DNA of 63,455 nt, filler included, from Octopus bimaculoides (GCF_001194135.2; 6 parts of 6 records of this genome joined end to end with filler, not necessarily neighbours in it); one strand, 5' to 3'. Counted from the whole stretch's first letter, positions 36,960-50,343 are shown. Notes: generated by a model from the sequence alone, not told the origin. Program-made: numbers and translations.

Positions 36960-39400
36960 TTTCAATAAGGTAGTCACCGTCGCTACTTTACAGCTTTCAA
37001 AGCAGCCAGTTTGGGTCCCGTCTTTAGAGAACGGACCACTTCAATACAAGGCAGCATCTGCTCAATAATTAGAATAGATGGTCACCTTTTGGAACCGTTT
37101 TACTTCATGCGCTCGGTCCATAAAGGGTGTTCTCACTTCTCTCATCTGTATGTACTGACTCTCGGGCCACTGCAGGTGGCAACAGGAGTTGTTAAAGGGC
37201 GAACCGTGTCGAATGTTGTATAATGGTATCGGGCACCACAACAATCGTGATCGGCATCATCATTAAAAAGGAACACGAGACTTTAACAAGAATAAGTGTG
37301 AACCAGGACAAGCCCCTGAACTTGCAACTTAACTCCCGGAGGCGAAATTTTTTTCGCACGAGAGTTCCGGACCCCAGTAATGAATTCATTTGCATACAGC
37401 CAATCAGAGCTCACCTTGAAAATTCACATACTGTGTACTATTACAGTGCAGCCAGTCAGGCATAGAATGATGTGTGCTATTCTGTGAGTACAACATGGCA
37501 GGTCTCACGTAAGCACCACATCCCCCCACTCCACTATCCTCATAAATCAATTGAGCGCCATCTCTATATGGAACTAGCATTAGGTACCAATGTTCAGACT
37601 GAGATTAGTGATATTGCTTGTACCCATTGATATATGCAAGGAGGGCGCAATACGACACAACACCATATTGATTACGATGTTTCCAGATCAAAACTAACAT
37701 TTTAAATTAGGAATGTACAAAATCAGACAAAAAATTAGGAAACTACACTCATTTACATTTTCTAATAAATTACGCAAATTGGCAACACTTATAGCATCAT
37801 CGGTGAGCAGTTCTCCATTCACTTTATACACTAAATTTCACATTTGTCACTCCTATTAACCCGTTTAGAACACTTACATTTTGCTATAACGCACATTTTC
37901 CACTGAACTCAACCAGTGTATTTTCGTGTGGACACTAGTTTGATAGTTGAGCTCTGAATGGCTGTATGCAAATGAGTTCATAATTGGGGTCCGGAACCCT
38001 TTTGGAAAAATTTTTCGCCTCCCGGAGAGGCAAGTTCATGCTGTAAAATAATGTCGTGAAGCGCTGGACAGACGGTTCTCTTACGTTGATTGGGGACGGG
38101 TTTGGGCCCGACCTTCGGGTGGATAGGAACGGTAGGAACTGGGAGGTGGTTCCGAGCAAGGTAGCCAGTCTCACTCAAAAGTGGGCTGAGGAAAAGCTGT
38201 CATTGAAATATAGGGTAGAGGTGGTGAACGCATATATCTCCTCTGTTTCATATTACTGCTGACCATCTTACTTTGCCGTCTTTTTCACTTGACTAAGTTG
38301 GAGTATCTGTTCTTTCATTCCTTGTGAAAAGGATGTGTTCCAGTAATGTGGCGGTTCATCCAATGTCAACATCATATATATGGAGGGCTCAGTGTATCAT
38401 GATTGCTGATGAGTAGATAAGCATCGAGTTTGCGATACTTTAATTCTTAGACAGTGAATAGATATGGTCATGGTCACCCTTTATGAGTCGCGTCTTTCTC
38501 TAGTTCATCTTTCTGGTAGAGTTGCAGTTTTGGGTCAAGCCAAAACGAAGACTAAGGTTTGACATTTGGAATTTTGTCAAGCTCTCATAACCACTTATCA
38601 GTCGGATAATGCGGTCGGTGAAACGTCCTCGTCAGCGTTTTATAGAAGACTAGTAGAGGCGAAAGCGACGACATTCGTCGTTGAGAGTCAACTGGCTGGT
38701 CTGTTCTGGAGAACTTTTGAGCCAGAAACTATGGATAACTTCCACAAATCCCTGACCAAGAAATACTGCTGAGCGGTATTGCCGGCTCGAGACAAACACT
38801 ATAGGCGTAAAACTGCCATCAACCAGTTCCGTCTGAGATACACGCATAGTGACATTTTGCGCCTACTTGTTCAATGTATGAGCATTTTTGACATGTGGGG
38901 CTTTGTCGAACAGGTGTTATCGCAAGAAACCTTTGGCCTAGCCATGATACCGAAGAGTATTACTGGTTCTAGATAAATTCTACAGGTATGGAAATACTGT
39001 CTGCTGGGCCTTCTCGAAATGCACGTAAACAACGAAACTGCTGACTTATGGGTTTATTTCGATCTGCTGCTGTCCCGTGTAGGACAGATATATTTATCAA
39101 ATCCGTCTTTTGCGAAGATCGCCCTACCACCTTCCTGTTGTCATTCCATAGCGCTGGCATAGTTTCCAGAGTATATAGCTCCCAACTCTGTCATGTCAGT
39201 GAATATATTCCTTCTTTGCCAGAACTGGGCAGCCAGAGACAATATGATTTATTGTTTCTTGTCCTTACTTGTATTTCTCTTCATTATGTGTTTCTAGTGA
39301 CTTCTGGTGGGGGAGACTTTGATCTTTGCTTTGAACCCCGAGCTTCTCAGTCATTGTTGAGATTTTAGTTTGTCTATATTTCTTTTCTGTTTAGCTTATC
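36960..39400 (+). mobile_element. Decayed Tx1/L1-clade LINE, RT and downstream ORF2 region
   Basis: FYFMRSVHKGCSHFSHLYVLTLGPL (RSVRQGCPLSPLLY-like), EHETLTRISVNQDKP, and RWTDGSLTLIGDGFGPDL...KLSLKYRVEVVNAYISSV. Many stops. Confidence 0.8.
37342..38018. mobile_element. Long-TIR non-autonomous DNA transposon (Mutator-like if the TSD is 9 bp) inserted in a Tx1 LINE
   Basis: ~70-bp TIRs (37342-37413, 37948-38018). CTCCCGGAG is duplicated at 37333-37341 and 38019-38027. Removing the insert restores the LINE reading frame. Confidence 0.85.
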
Positions 39401-39527
39401 CCAATATTTACCATGTAAGGACTTTTCTTGCCATCGTTATATCATGATACTTTGTTGTTCTAGTTTCAGTTTGGATTTCAGTTGTTTTACAGCTTTCGTC
39501 GTCGTCGTTGTTATTGTTCTTGTCCTG

Positions 39528-39781
<254 letters not shown>

Positions 39782-40913
39782 NNNNNNNNNNNNNNNNNNN
39801 NNNNNNNNNNNNNNNNNNNNNNNNNNNNNNNNNNNNNNNNNNNNNNNNNNNNNNNNNNNNNNNNNNNNNNNNNNNNNNNNNNNNNNNNNNNNNNNNNNNN
39901 NNNNNNNNNNNNNNNNNNNNNNNNNNNNNNNNNNNNNNNNNNNNNNNNNNNNNNNNNNNNNNNNNNNNNNNNNNNNNNNNNNNNNNNNNNNNNNNNNNNN
40001 NNNNNNNNNNNNNNNNNNNNNNNNNNNNNNNNNNNNNNNNNNNNNNNNNNNNNNNNNNNNNNNNNNNNNNNNNNNNNNNNNNNNNNNNNNNNNNNNNNNN
40101 NNNNNNNNNNNNNNNNNNNNNNNNNNNNNNNNNNNNNNNNNNNNNNNNNNNNNNNNNNNNNNNNNNNNNNNNNNNNNNNNNNNNNNNNNNNNNNNNNNNN
40201 NNNNNNNNNNNNNNNNNNNNNNNNNNNNNNNNNNNNNNNNNNNNNNNNNNNNNNNNNNNNNNNNNNNNNNNNNNNNNNNNNNNNNNNNNNNNNNNNNNNN
40301 NNNNNNNNNNNNNNNNNNNNNNNNNNNNNNNNNNNNNNNNNNNNNNNNNNNNNNNNNNNNNNNNNNNNNNNNNNNNNNNNNNNNNNNNNNNNNNNNNNNN
40401 NNNNNNNNNNNNNNNNNNNNNNNNNNNNNNNNNNNNNNNNNNNNNNNNNNNNNNNNNNNNNNNNNNNNNNNNNNNNNNNNNNNNNNNNNNNNNNNNNNNN
40501 NNNNNNNNNNNNNNNNNNNNNNNNNNNNNNNNNNNNNNNNNNNNNNNNNNNNNNNNNNNNNNNNNNNNNNNNNNNNNNNNNNNNNNNNNNNNNNNNNNNN
40601 NNNNNNNNNNNNNNNNNNNNNNNNNNNNNNNNNNNNNNNNNNNNNNNNNNNNNNNNNNNNNNNNNNNNNNNNNNNNNNNNNNNNNNNNNNNNNNNNNNNN
40701 NNNNNNNNNNNNNNNNNNNNNNNNNNNNNNNNNGACTTAACCTTTCATTCTATCAGAGTCGATAAATTAAGTACCAGTTACGCACTGGAGTCGATGTAAC
40801 CGAAATTTCCCAAATTTCAGACCTTGTGCCTATAGTAGAAAGGATTATTATTATTATTATTATTATTATTATCATTATTATTATTATTATTATCATTATT
40901 ATTATTATTATTA

Positions 40914-41128
40914 AGGCGGCGAACTGGCAGAATCGTTAGCACACCGGACAAAATGCTTGACGGCATTTCATCCGTTTTTACGTTCCGAGTTCAAACTCCA
41001 CTGAGGTCGATTTTGCTTTTCTTGTATTCGGAGTCGATAAACTAAGTACCAGTTGAGCAGCGGAGTCGATGTTATCAACTGCCCCTCCCCACAAAAATCT
41101 GCTGGCTTTGTGCCTATATTAGAAAAGA
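40914..41128 (+). mobile_element. SINE family B, full copy following (TTA)n
   Basis: Homologous to 54014-54225. A partial copy also lies at 40735-40845. Confidence 0.85.
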
Positions 41129-41448
41129 TTATTATTATTTTCATCATCATTATCATCATAATCAATATGACTATCATTCGTCACTGACAAAAATAATTAT
41201 TTAAAGGCTCATAACTTCTTGATATTTACATTCTTGCTTTTTCTTTTGTCTTTTTGTTTGTTTAATTTTTGATATTGACATCATCTTGTCCGATGAAAAA
41301 TGAAAAGAACAACAGTTTAAAGAATAGATGAATTAATAAGTATTAATTTATTGTAATAAATAAATAGTGTTAATCGCATTGCTAAATTCTTCTTAACTAT
41401 GACACCACTGACATAAATAATCTTTGATTTAGAAACAATAATCTTTAC

Positions 41449-41506
41449 CTCCAATTATCTTTAATTTCTCTCACCATGCTGTTTTGTTGAATAGCCACAT
41501 AATCGA
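41449..41506 (-). CDS. Probable exon of the coiled-coil gene (phase 1 to 2)
   Basis: Acceptor tttgttattcattggaag, donor GAG/GTAAAG. Reads FDYVAIQQNSMVREIKDNW and is phase-compatible with 46307 and 30123. An alternative internal donor ATG/GTGAGA also exists. Confidence 0.55.
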
Positions 41507-41762
41507 CTTCCAATGAATAACAAATGTTTATTTCTTTATTGCCCACAGGGTGCTAAACATAAAGGGGACAAACAAGGACAGACAAAGGGATTAAGTCGAT
41601 TACATCGACTCCAGTGCGTAACTGGTACTTATTTAATCGACCTCGAAAGGAAGAAAAGCAAAGTCGACCTCGGCGGAATTTGAACTCAGGACGTAAATGA
41701 TTAACAGCTATTAAACATCTAAACCTGCGCTCTAGTGACTACCAACATTGTTGTTGTGTGTG

Positions 41763-42050
41763 TTGACACTCCGTCGCTTACGACGTCGAGGGTTCCAGTT
41801 AATCCGATCAACGGAACATCCTGCTCGTGAAATTAACGTGCAAGTGGTTGAGCACTCCACAGACACGTGTACCCTTAACGTAGTTCTCGAGGATATTCAG
41901 CGTGACACAATGTGACAAGGCTGGCCCTTTGAATTACAGGTACAACAGAAAGAGTGAGAGAAAGTTGTGGTGAAAGAGTACAGCAGGGTTCGCCACCATC
42001 CCCTGCCGGAGCCTCGTGGAGCTCTAGGTGTTTTCGCTCAATAAATACTC
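41763..42050 (-). mobile_element. SINE family C copy
   Basis: Nearly identical to 58788-59085. Confidence 0.9.
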
Positions 42051-42254
42051 NNNNNNNNNNCTGAAATCAAATGTATCGAGACGTAAAGGCTTTTGGGGTT
42101 TTTTTTATGTTTATGTTGTAAATATACGCTACAAAGTTTGGCAAGTTCTTGATTCGCCTGGTACAAACTACACAAACCTCTCTTTTATTACAAGGCGTGG
42201 GTTTTCTGTCACTCTCTCCTTATGGTGATAGTTATATAACTAATTTCAAATTTT

Positions 42255-42690
42255 GGTCCAAGGCCAGCAATTTCAGAGTGGTGGGTAAGTCGATTACATC
42301 TACCGCAGTGTTCAAATGGTAATTATTTTATCACCCCTTGAAAGGATGAAAGGCAAAGTCGACCTCGGTGTAATTTGAACTCAGAACGTAGCGACGGGCG
42401 AAATACCTCTATGCATTTCGTCCCTTGATCATAGTAATATAATTAAGTTGCTTAAACTGGGATCTTATACCAATGTATAACACATTATTATCAGTCAAAA
42501 AGGCGGCAGGCTGGCAGAATCGTTAGCATCTCTTCTGCCATTCGCCGTGAGTTCTAGGTCTGCTGAGGTCGACTTTGCCTTTCATCCTTTCGAAGTTGAT
42601 GAAATAAAGTACTAGTCAAGAAGTGGAGTCGATTTAATCGACTAGCCTCCCTCCCTACAAATTTCAGGCCTTATAACCATAATAGAAAGA
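42255..42690. mobile_element. Two divergently oriented SINE family B copies
   Basis: Minus copy at about 42255-42420, plus copy at about 42500-42690. Confidence 0.8.
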
Positions 42691-43429
42691 ATTGTTACCA
42701 CTCAAAAGGTATCGCGGTATTTAATTAAACTTCCTTGCGTTATGAGTTCAAATCCCGCTAGTCGACATAGCTTTTCACCCTTCTGCCGCGTATATGTATA
42801 AGTCAAGTACTGGGATCAATTTAATCAGCTGAACTACTTACCACTGTCACCACCACAATATCGAATGGATGCGCCACGTTGATTGCTAAAATCGTATTTA
42901 CATAAAGTTTTCGTTACACTGAAAGGGACAGGATAGGATATTTACTGTTCAAGGTCGGAGAAAATACAGACCACAAAACCGTGATCGGTGAGATATACAA
43001 AGATAATTTATCCAACCAGGAAATCGTTTCCTGGAAGCTGAATGCCTCGTTTCCAGTTAAGAAAGCCTACAGAGACGGGATCAGTGAACAAGTTAAGCAG
43101 TAATTGACAGGAGCAATTAGAAACAGTAGGTGGCAGTTCTAATTAGAGAAGAAAATTAAGACAAAAACCATTAGTTTTAGGGAGGAGCAATAGAGTGGTA
43201 GATTAATCGTAGGGTCTACCGGGAAAGGCATCGTCTACGATTTGTAAATTGCGAGAATGTCTCTAAACCATTTCTTCGTTGCGAAACGCAAAGGTTTTGT
43301 TGTCTGAGCTAAGATACATTCACATAGACACGCGGGAATAGAAGCTATTGAACGTGACCGTATGGTGGAAGTGCAGCGTACTTCTAAAATGACATTTCGG
43401 TCTTTAATGGACCGCAGAGGACACCTGGT

Positions 43430-44230
43430 ATCCAATTCAAATCTACTATAGAAAATTCCTTGCTGAACTGTTCGTGAGAAGTGGAAGCAATAGGTTTCTG
43501 TCTGCCAGGAATCTCGACTGAAGATAAAAGAAAAAAATGTGTTAAGGAAATTTCATTTCAACAACTTAAATAGCGGACACGTTCAGCGTCAGCAAGTGTA
43601 CAAGGGAAAATCGAAAAGAAAATTCGGCTGGGGAAAGGTTTGGCCATCCTGATTCAGTTGAAACCTGAGATATGGAATAGAAGCCCCGACCTAACAGAGA
43701 TCCCAGGAGGGCAGCAACTGCAGGTGATAGTGAAGAGCAGAAAACCTAGATGTCTCACGTGTGACGGTACCGAACACTTAATAGTCTTCTGCCTCAACAA
43801 AGACAACAAAAAGTTACTGCTGAAACAAGGCCTCTGTCATTGCCAACGCCAGACCATCAACACCAACCGCAACAGCAACTGCAACAACAGCGTGCAACTT
43901 CAGCAAAAGCGCCATCTTCAGGAATGACTGTAGCATTTACATCAACACAGCACCACCAAAAACAAAAACAACAAAAGATATGCTGCCTTCAAAGGCTGTC
44001 ACATCACCGATAACAGCAACAGCCACAGTAACGGAAGACCACAAAAATGTATACAAAAAAGAAGCTGCAATATTTGAAGAAACGTTAGAGATGCATCTAA
44101 AGGATGATGCACCAACACTGTCTCTATCAGCAACAATATCAATATTTTCACCACCACCATCGCCACCACCACAGACCCTACAAACACAACCAAATTCACA
44201 CCCATACAAACAGCCAGAACAACAACTGTA
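43430..44230 (+). mobile_element. Probable Tx1-type ORF1 remnant with decayed zinc knuckle and T/P-rich tail
   Basis: PDLTEIPGGQQLQVIVKSRKPRCLTCDGTEHLIVFC (CX2CX4HX4C), followed by low-complexity sequence. Confidence 0.5.
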
Positions 44231-44313
44231 ATATCAACAGAGAAAAATTAATTACATCATAGCTGTAGACACAAACAACAAAAAGTTTATAAACCACAAA
44301 CATTTCCCATAAT

Positions 44314-44478
44314 GGCATGGCTGTGTGGCAAGAAGCATACTTCCTAACGACACGGTTCTAGGTTCAGTCCCACTGCGTGGCATCTTGGGCAAGTGTCTTC
44401 TACTATAACCTCGGGCCGACCAAAGCCTTGTGAGTGGATTTGGTAGACGGAAACTGAAAGAAGCCCGTCGTATATATG

Positions 44479-44522
<44 letters not shown>

Positions 44523-44735
44523 TGTGTCTGTGCTTGTCCCCCTAGCATTGCTTGACAACCGATGCTGGTGTATTTATGTCCCCGTCACTTAGCGGTTCGG
44601 CAAAAGAGACCGATAGAATAAGCATTAGGCTTACAAAGAATAAGTCCCGGGGTCGATTTGCTCGACTAAAGGTGGTGCTGCAGCATGGCTGCAGTCAAAT
44701 GGCTGAAACAAGTAAAAGAGAGTAAGAGTAAAGAG
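44314..44735 (+). mobile_element. SINE family A (tRNA-derived head, internal microsatellite), full copy
   Basis: A/B-box-like head ggctgtgtgg...ggttcagtccc, internal (TA)(TG)n, 3' gactgaaacaagtaaaagag. Many copies in the window. Confidence 0.9.
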
Positions 44736-44762
44736 TATATATATATATATGTGTGTGTAAGT

Positions 44763-44794
<32 letters not shown>

Positions 44795-44820
44795 TTGTCC
44801 CCTCCACCATCGCTTCACAA

Positions 44821-44864
44821 TCGATGTTAGTGTGTTTACGTCCCCGTAAACACACTAACATCGA
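44821..44864. repeat. Perfect 20-bp hairpin with 4-nt loop
   Basis: tcgatgttagtgtgtttacg tccc cgtaaacacactaacatcga. Confidence 0.92.
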
Positions 44865-46306
44865 CAGAACAGACCAGGGGTCGATTTCTTCGACTAACAG
44901 GCGGTGCTACAGCATGGCCACAGTCAAATGACTGAAACAAATAAAAGAGCACATAAAAATGATCAAATAAAAATGATCAAAACAGCACAAAATAGATATA
45001 ACCTTTTCAAAACCAAATAATCTGATGGAATTAGAGATTTCTGGTGGAATATTAGTACCAGTCTCTACAAACAGCTACTTGTAGAAACATCCACAACTAG
45101 CCATAAGGACGGAACATCTATCCTTCCAGAGGACTATGGTCAGAGGTTCTTCTCAGTTTCATCCATCATACTGGACATGGTCTTACTCAGAATTGTGTAT
45201 GTACGTGATCTGCGATCGCCGTAGAAAAAAGAGTACCTGCTTAACGATCTCCAGCCACTAGGTACAGAGTGGTGGCCTTCGGCGAAACCAGGATTTCCCT
45301 CAGTAGCTACAAGGTACATGCAGCTCCAAGTCTGCAGGGATCGGTTGTGGAGGAGTTGCTGTATTGTTTCGGGAAGGACTGGTTCTAGCGATACGGGCCA
45401 TTTTCCTGAGCTCAGAAGGTTAAAAACAACGAAGCCTGTACTTTTTTAGATCAGCAGCCTATACTCTGACAATAGCAGTGCGGCCAGATTTTTTGAAGCG
45501 TCTATAGCTCTTCCTAGGAACATTCTTAGTACTAGATGGGGAATCGAACACCGCATTGGATGCACATTTGGACTGTAAGAGAGGTTAGCAGATAAGAATT
45601 GGAATGTAAAAGTCTCACAAACATGCTCACATACTTTCTTACTATCTGACAGTTATCGATAGATTGGTTGTACATAATTCAATGCAGAGACCACAGTCGA
45701 CTTAGTTACGCTTAATAGGCAGGGACTTGTCATATTAAGCTAATGAACACCGGATTAGAGAATTAGTTAAGCGGGTATTGACAGAGGCAATCCTAAACAA
45801 CAAATGGTGCCCTTCGTTTTAAAAGGGCGATTTGAGCTGGCCCAAGGCTACAATTGAAGACATTTGCCCAAGGTACTACGAGACCACATGGTTGCAAAGC
45901 GAGCTTCTTAAGCACACAGCCATACCTTCGCCTGAAGGAAAAAAATTGTTAAATGACAGGGAAAACAGAAAGAATTCTACTTCCTTTTCGTATTTAAAAT
46001 TGAAAGCATTTTGATTTCTTTTTCTGTAAATTGTAAGTTTTCTCTTAAAACAGGATTCTCCTTCTCTCAGAATTAGGAAAAGAACTCGAAATTATTCTGT
46101 CCATTGAGTTTTGTAAATTACTTTTTAAGTATGGAGTAAGCTGTTTTCTTTATACTGTTTGCACGTTTCCATGACCCTTTGTTTTCTCTTTCTTTATTTA
46201 CTTCTCTCTTCTTTTCCTCCCTTTTTTTCTCACTCTCCCTTAATAAACATAATTTTACTATAGCATTCAGTATATCATACTTAAAGCAGATACATCATAA
46301 ATTTAC

Positions 46307-46347
46307 AGCAGTATTCTTCCTGATATAATATCTCTTGTAGACGTACA
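46307..46347 (-). CDS. Probable exon of the coiled-coil gene (phase 2 to 1)
   Basis: Strong acceptor ttttgtgttatttaacag, donor GTAAAT. Reads VRLQEILYQEEYC. Confidence 0.55.
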
Positions 46348-46720
46348 CTGTTAAATAACACAAAAATTAAAAAAAAACAAACAAACAAACGCAATAAGAG
46401 ATATCATTGCTGGACGACTGCCGCAGTAAATTTGCTCTGTCACATTCTGCATTGAGTGTGATACGCAAGTAGCTATTTTAAACTAATACTGCTTCTGTTG
46501 CACATAGCAAACGATTAGGCTTCATTCATTTTATATTCTATCACTTCCCCCCTCTTCCCTTTTTTAAAATTATCTTCTTGCTTTCTTTCTCCTCTTTCTC
46601 CATTTCCATTTTATTATCATTTTGCTTTCTTTCTTCATTTACACTTTAATATCTTTTGATCACAATGACTAATTGAAAAACTGTTGGAAACACCTTTGAT
46701 CAGTCACAATTGGCTTAGGG

Positions 46721-46909
46721 CAGTGCTCCGCAACCTTTTTTCACTTGTGGTACACTTATATTCATTTCAAAATTCGGTGGCACACCCAAACTAAAAATAT
46801 AATTAAAAGTATGGGGGGGGGGGAATTATATTCTGGTGACAGTGCGGCACACCTAGCATCGTCTCGTGGCACGCCAGTGTGCCGCGGCAATATAGTTTGC
46901 GGAGCACTG
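46721..46909. mobile_element. hAT MITE (189 bp)
   Basis: Perfect 13-bp TIR CAGTGCTCCGCAA and perfect 8-bp TSD GCTTAGGG. Confidence 0.93.
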
Positions 46910-47006
46910 GCTTAGGGCTAAACGATCGAAACCATCACTATCGTTACCACTGACCTTCTCTAGTTGCATCGATCAATCTCCACTTTCCTTTTATTTGCCT
47001 TAACAC

Positions 47007-47605
47007 CAGGGCTGTCGCTAAGCCCCTGCAACCCCTACGGTCGCAGGGGGCCTCCGAGGTTGAGGGGGTCCCATGCTAAGATCAAAGTACATAGATGAGT
47101 TATATATTTACTTTGGTTTAGACGTTGAGCAATAATTTAACTATCTATGTTAACGAAAATTTCAAGAAAGAAAATGGTGATATGTTGTACCTGCAAAAGT
47201 TCCTGTAAAAATATTGCCTTATATCACGAATGTGTACCAGACTTCATGGATTGTCTATGATATCTAATGAACACGAACTTAGCTCTCAGCTTGATTATTC
47301 TGAACTGATCGATGATTTTGCAAAGCGAAAAGAGCACCGTGTTTGTCTTTGAAAGTTGCCTAGATTATAAAAGTGCTCTTTTATTCATATCTGGAGGTTT
47401 TACTTATTGAAATTTGTCATAGAGACCTAAATAAATTTAACTTGTTGTACTTTTAAAGATGTTCTTTAGGATAACATGAAATATTGAAATTCAGATAAAA
47501 TATAGTTATGAATAAAAGGTGCGTAGATTATGAATTTTGATTGAAGGGATGAGGCCTCGAAACAAAAAGTTGCAGGGGGCCTCTAAAAGTCACGCGACGG
47601 AGCTG
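47007..47605. mobile_element. hAT non-autonomous element (599 bp)
   Basis: Perfect 8-bp TSD CTTAACAC (46999-47006, 47606-47613). Imperfect TIR cagggctgtcgc / gcgacggagctg. Subterminal gcagggggcctc repeats. Confidence 0.85.
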
Positions 47606-47766
47606 CTTAACACTACCATTGCCGGTTACTCACATTCGTATACACACACACACACACACACACACANNNNNNNNNNNNNNNNNNNNNNNNNNNNNNNNNN
47701 NNNNNNNNNNTTAATTAATTAANNNNNNNNNNNNNNNNNNNNNNNNNNNNNNNNNNNNNNNNNNNN

Positions 47767-47843
<77 letters not shown>

Positions 47844-48224
47844 CCATAAATGCCGAGGTATATTTTCTTACATAATCCAATCCAAGTACTTATTTCTGTC
47901 CTATTTATCGTCACGCTAATATTCTCTCATCTAAAGTGCATAAACCACTTTCATCTTTACAGATCACTCCTATCCTACACTCACTCTTTCTCCGGGTGTC
48001 TTTCCTCCTCTCTCTAGCTTTCTCCTTTTTGACAGACCTATACACATACAAAGGTTCGCGCTCCCTCTCTTTTGCTCTCTTCGTGTTTATGTCACCCTCT
48101 CGCTCTCTTATTTCTCCCCCCCCCTTTATATTCTGTCTGCATCTCTATCTATCTGGCTGACTCTGCACTTGATTTGTTAAAAACCCTCCTAATCCTACTT
48201 CCGATCAATGTACGCGCACGCACG

Positions 48225-48307
<83 letters not shown>

Positions 48308-48755
48308 ACATTACACAGAAACATGCATACTTTTACACATACACGCGCACACACACATATACGTGCATACACAAATGCTCGTTGCACACGTTACACACAC
48401 ACACACACACTCATTACATGTGCGCACACACACCCATTACACATACCTACATATCCATTACTTATAACACACACACACACACACACACACTCACATACAC
48501 ATTACACACACAAGCAAGCATATACATACACATACGTACACAGAAAGACAGACTGACGTAACATACTAAGTAAGGCAGGGTCTACCCAGCAAAAAAAAAA
48601 CTATTCATTTTAATTATGAAACCTAAAGACTGAATAATTCCTAATTCATTATAATAATAATTAAAAAGAAAACTAATTAAATACAATGAATTTAGGGAAT
48701 AATTCAATAAAAGGCAAAGCATTTTAATGTTAGATAAACAGTCTCCGCCTGTTGC

Positions 48756-48824
48756 CTTTCAAGTTCAATGTTAATGTTAGCCGTATCACTATTAATACAA
48801 CTGCTGCGATTTTCAGCATTGTAA
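48756..48824 (-). CDS. Candidate upstream exon of the coiled-coil gene, requiring a GC donor
   Basis: Acceptor gtgtttaatatag. Reads YNAENRSSCINSDTANINIELE. It joins exon 46347 in frame only through AAG/GCAACA. Confidence 0.3.
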
Positions 48825-49005
48825 CTATATTAAACACCAGCGAGGCACCCGTCAAAAATGACGGAGTGTATTTGGATAGGGAATGCATTATACAAGTATA
48901 AAATTTGTCTAATGGTCTCTAGTTCAATATATGATATGCTATTTTGCTCATATTGGAAGTTAAAATGAAACACAGCAACAGTGAGAAAAACACAGGAAAG
49001 ACAAC

Positions 49006-49028
49006 TCAGAAGAATTTATCACCGCCAT
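49006..49028 (-). CDS. Candidate start exon (MAVINSS) of the coiled-coil gene
   Basis: AAGATGGCGG start context at 49028. The phase-2 donor GTTGTC is weak. Confidence 0.2.
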
Positions 49029-50343
49029 CTTAATTGTGTATATGTATGTATGAATGCATGCATGTATGTATGTATGTATGTATGCATGTATGTATGTATG
49101 TATGTATGTATATTTAGCAGAAGCAACTGAGTGGCTCAATGACCAAGAATTTTCTGCGTTGACACTTACCAAACACACGAAATGTAAATATAATCAAAAC
49201 AGAAAAATGGAAATTTTTTGGTATTCTTTATTTTCCAGTACACGTGTCTCACTTTCTAATACGGATCACTTAGATTTACATGCTATATAGACAAGTAAGG
49301 AATTTTCTATTACAGAAATNNNNNNNNNNNNNNNNNNNNNNNNNNNNNNNNNNNNNNNNNNNNNNNNNNNNNNNNNNNNNNNNNNNNNNNNNNNNNNNNN
49401 NNNNNNNNNNNNNNNNNNNNNNNNNNNNNNNNNNNNNNNNNNNNNNNNNNNNNNNNNNNNNNNNNNNNNNNNNNNNNNNNNNNNNNNNNNNNNNNNNNNN
49501 NNNNNNNNNNNNNNNNNNNNNNNNNNNNNNNNNNNNNNNNNNNNNNNNNNNNNNNNNNNNNNNNNNNNNNNNNNNNNNNNNNNNNNNNNNNNNNNNNNNN
49601 NNNNNNNNNNNNNNNNNNNNNNNNNNNNNNNNNNNNNNNNNNNNNNNNNNNNNNNNNNNNNNNNNNNNNNNNNNNNNNNNNNNNNNNNNNNNNNNNNNNN
49701 NNNNNNNNNNNNNNNNNNNNNNNNNNNNNNNNNNNNNNNNNNNNNNNNNNNNNNNNNNNNNNNNNNNNNNNNNNNNNNNNNNNNNNNNNNNNNNNNNNNN
49801 NNNNNNNNNNNNNNNNNNNNNNNNNNNNNNNNNNNNNNNNNNNNNNNNNNNNNNNNNNNNNNNNNNNNNNNNNNNNNNNNNNNNNNNNNNNNNNNNNNNN
49901 NNNNNNNNNNNNNNNNNNNNNNNNNNNNNNNNNNNNNNNNNNNNNNNNNNNNNNNNNNNNNNNNNNNNNNNNNNNNNNNNNNNNNNNNNNNNNNNNNNNN
50001 NNNNNNNNNNNNNNNNNNNNNNNNNNNNNNNNNNNNNNNNNNNNNNNNNNNNNNNNNNNNNNNNNNNNNNNNNNNNNNNNNNNNNNNNNNNNNNNNNNNN
50101 NNNNNNNNNNNNNNNNNNNNNNNNNNNNNNNNNNNNNNNNNNNNNNNNNNNNNNNNNNNNNNNNNNNNNNNNNNNNNNNNNNNNNNNNNNNNNNNNNNNN
50201 NNNNNNNNNNNNNNNNNNNNNNNNNNNNNNNNNNNNNNNNNNNNNNNCACCTCCTCTTCCGGTCTTTTCACAATGTAACCTCGTGGGCATCGGTACCATT
50301 TTCCTCTTTCTCCGTTCTTCCATTCTCCGAACTTTCCATCTTT

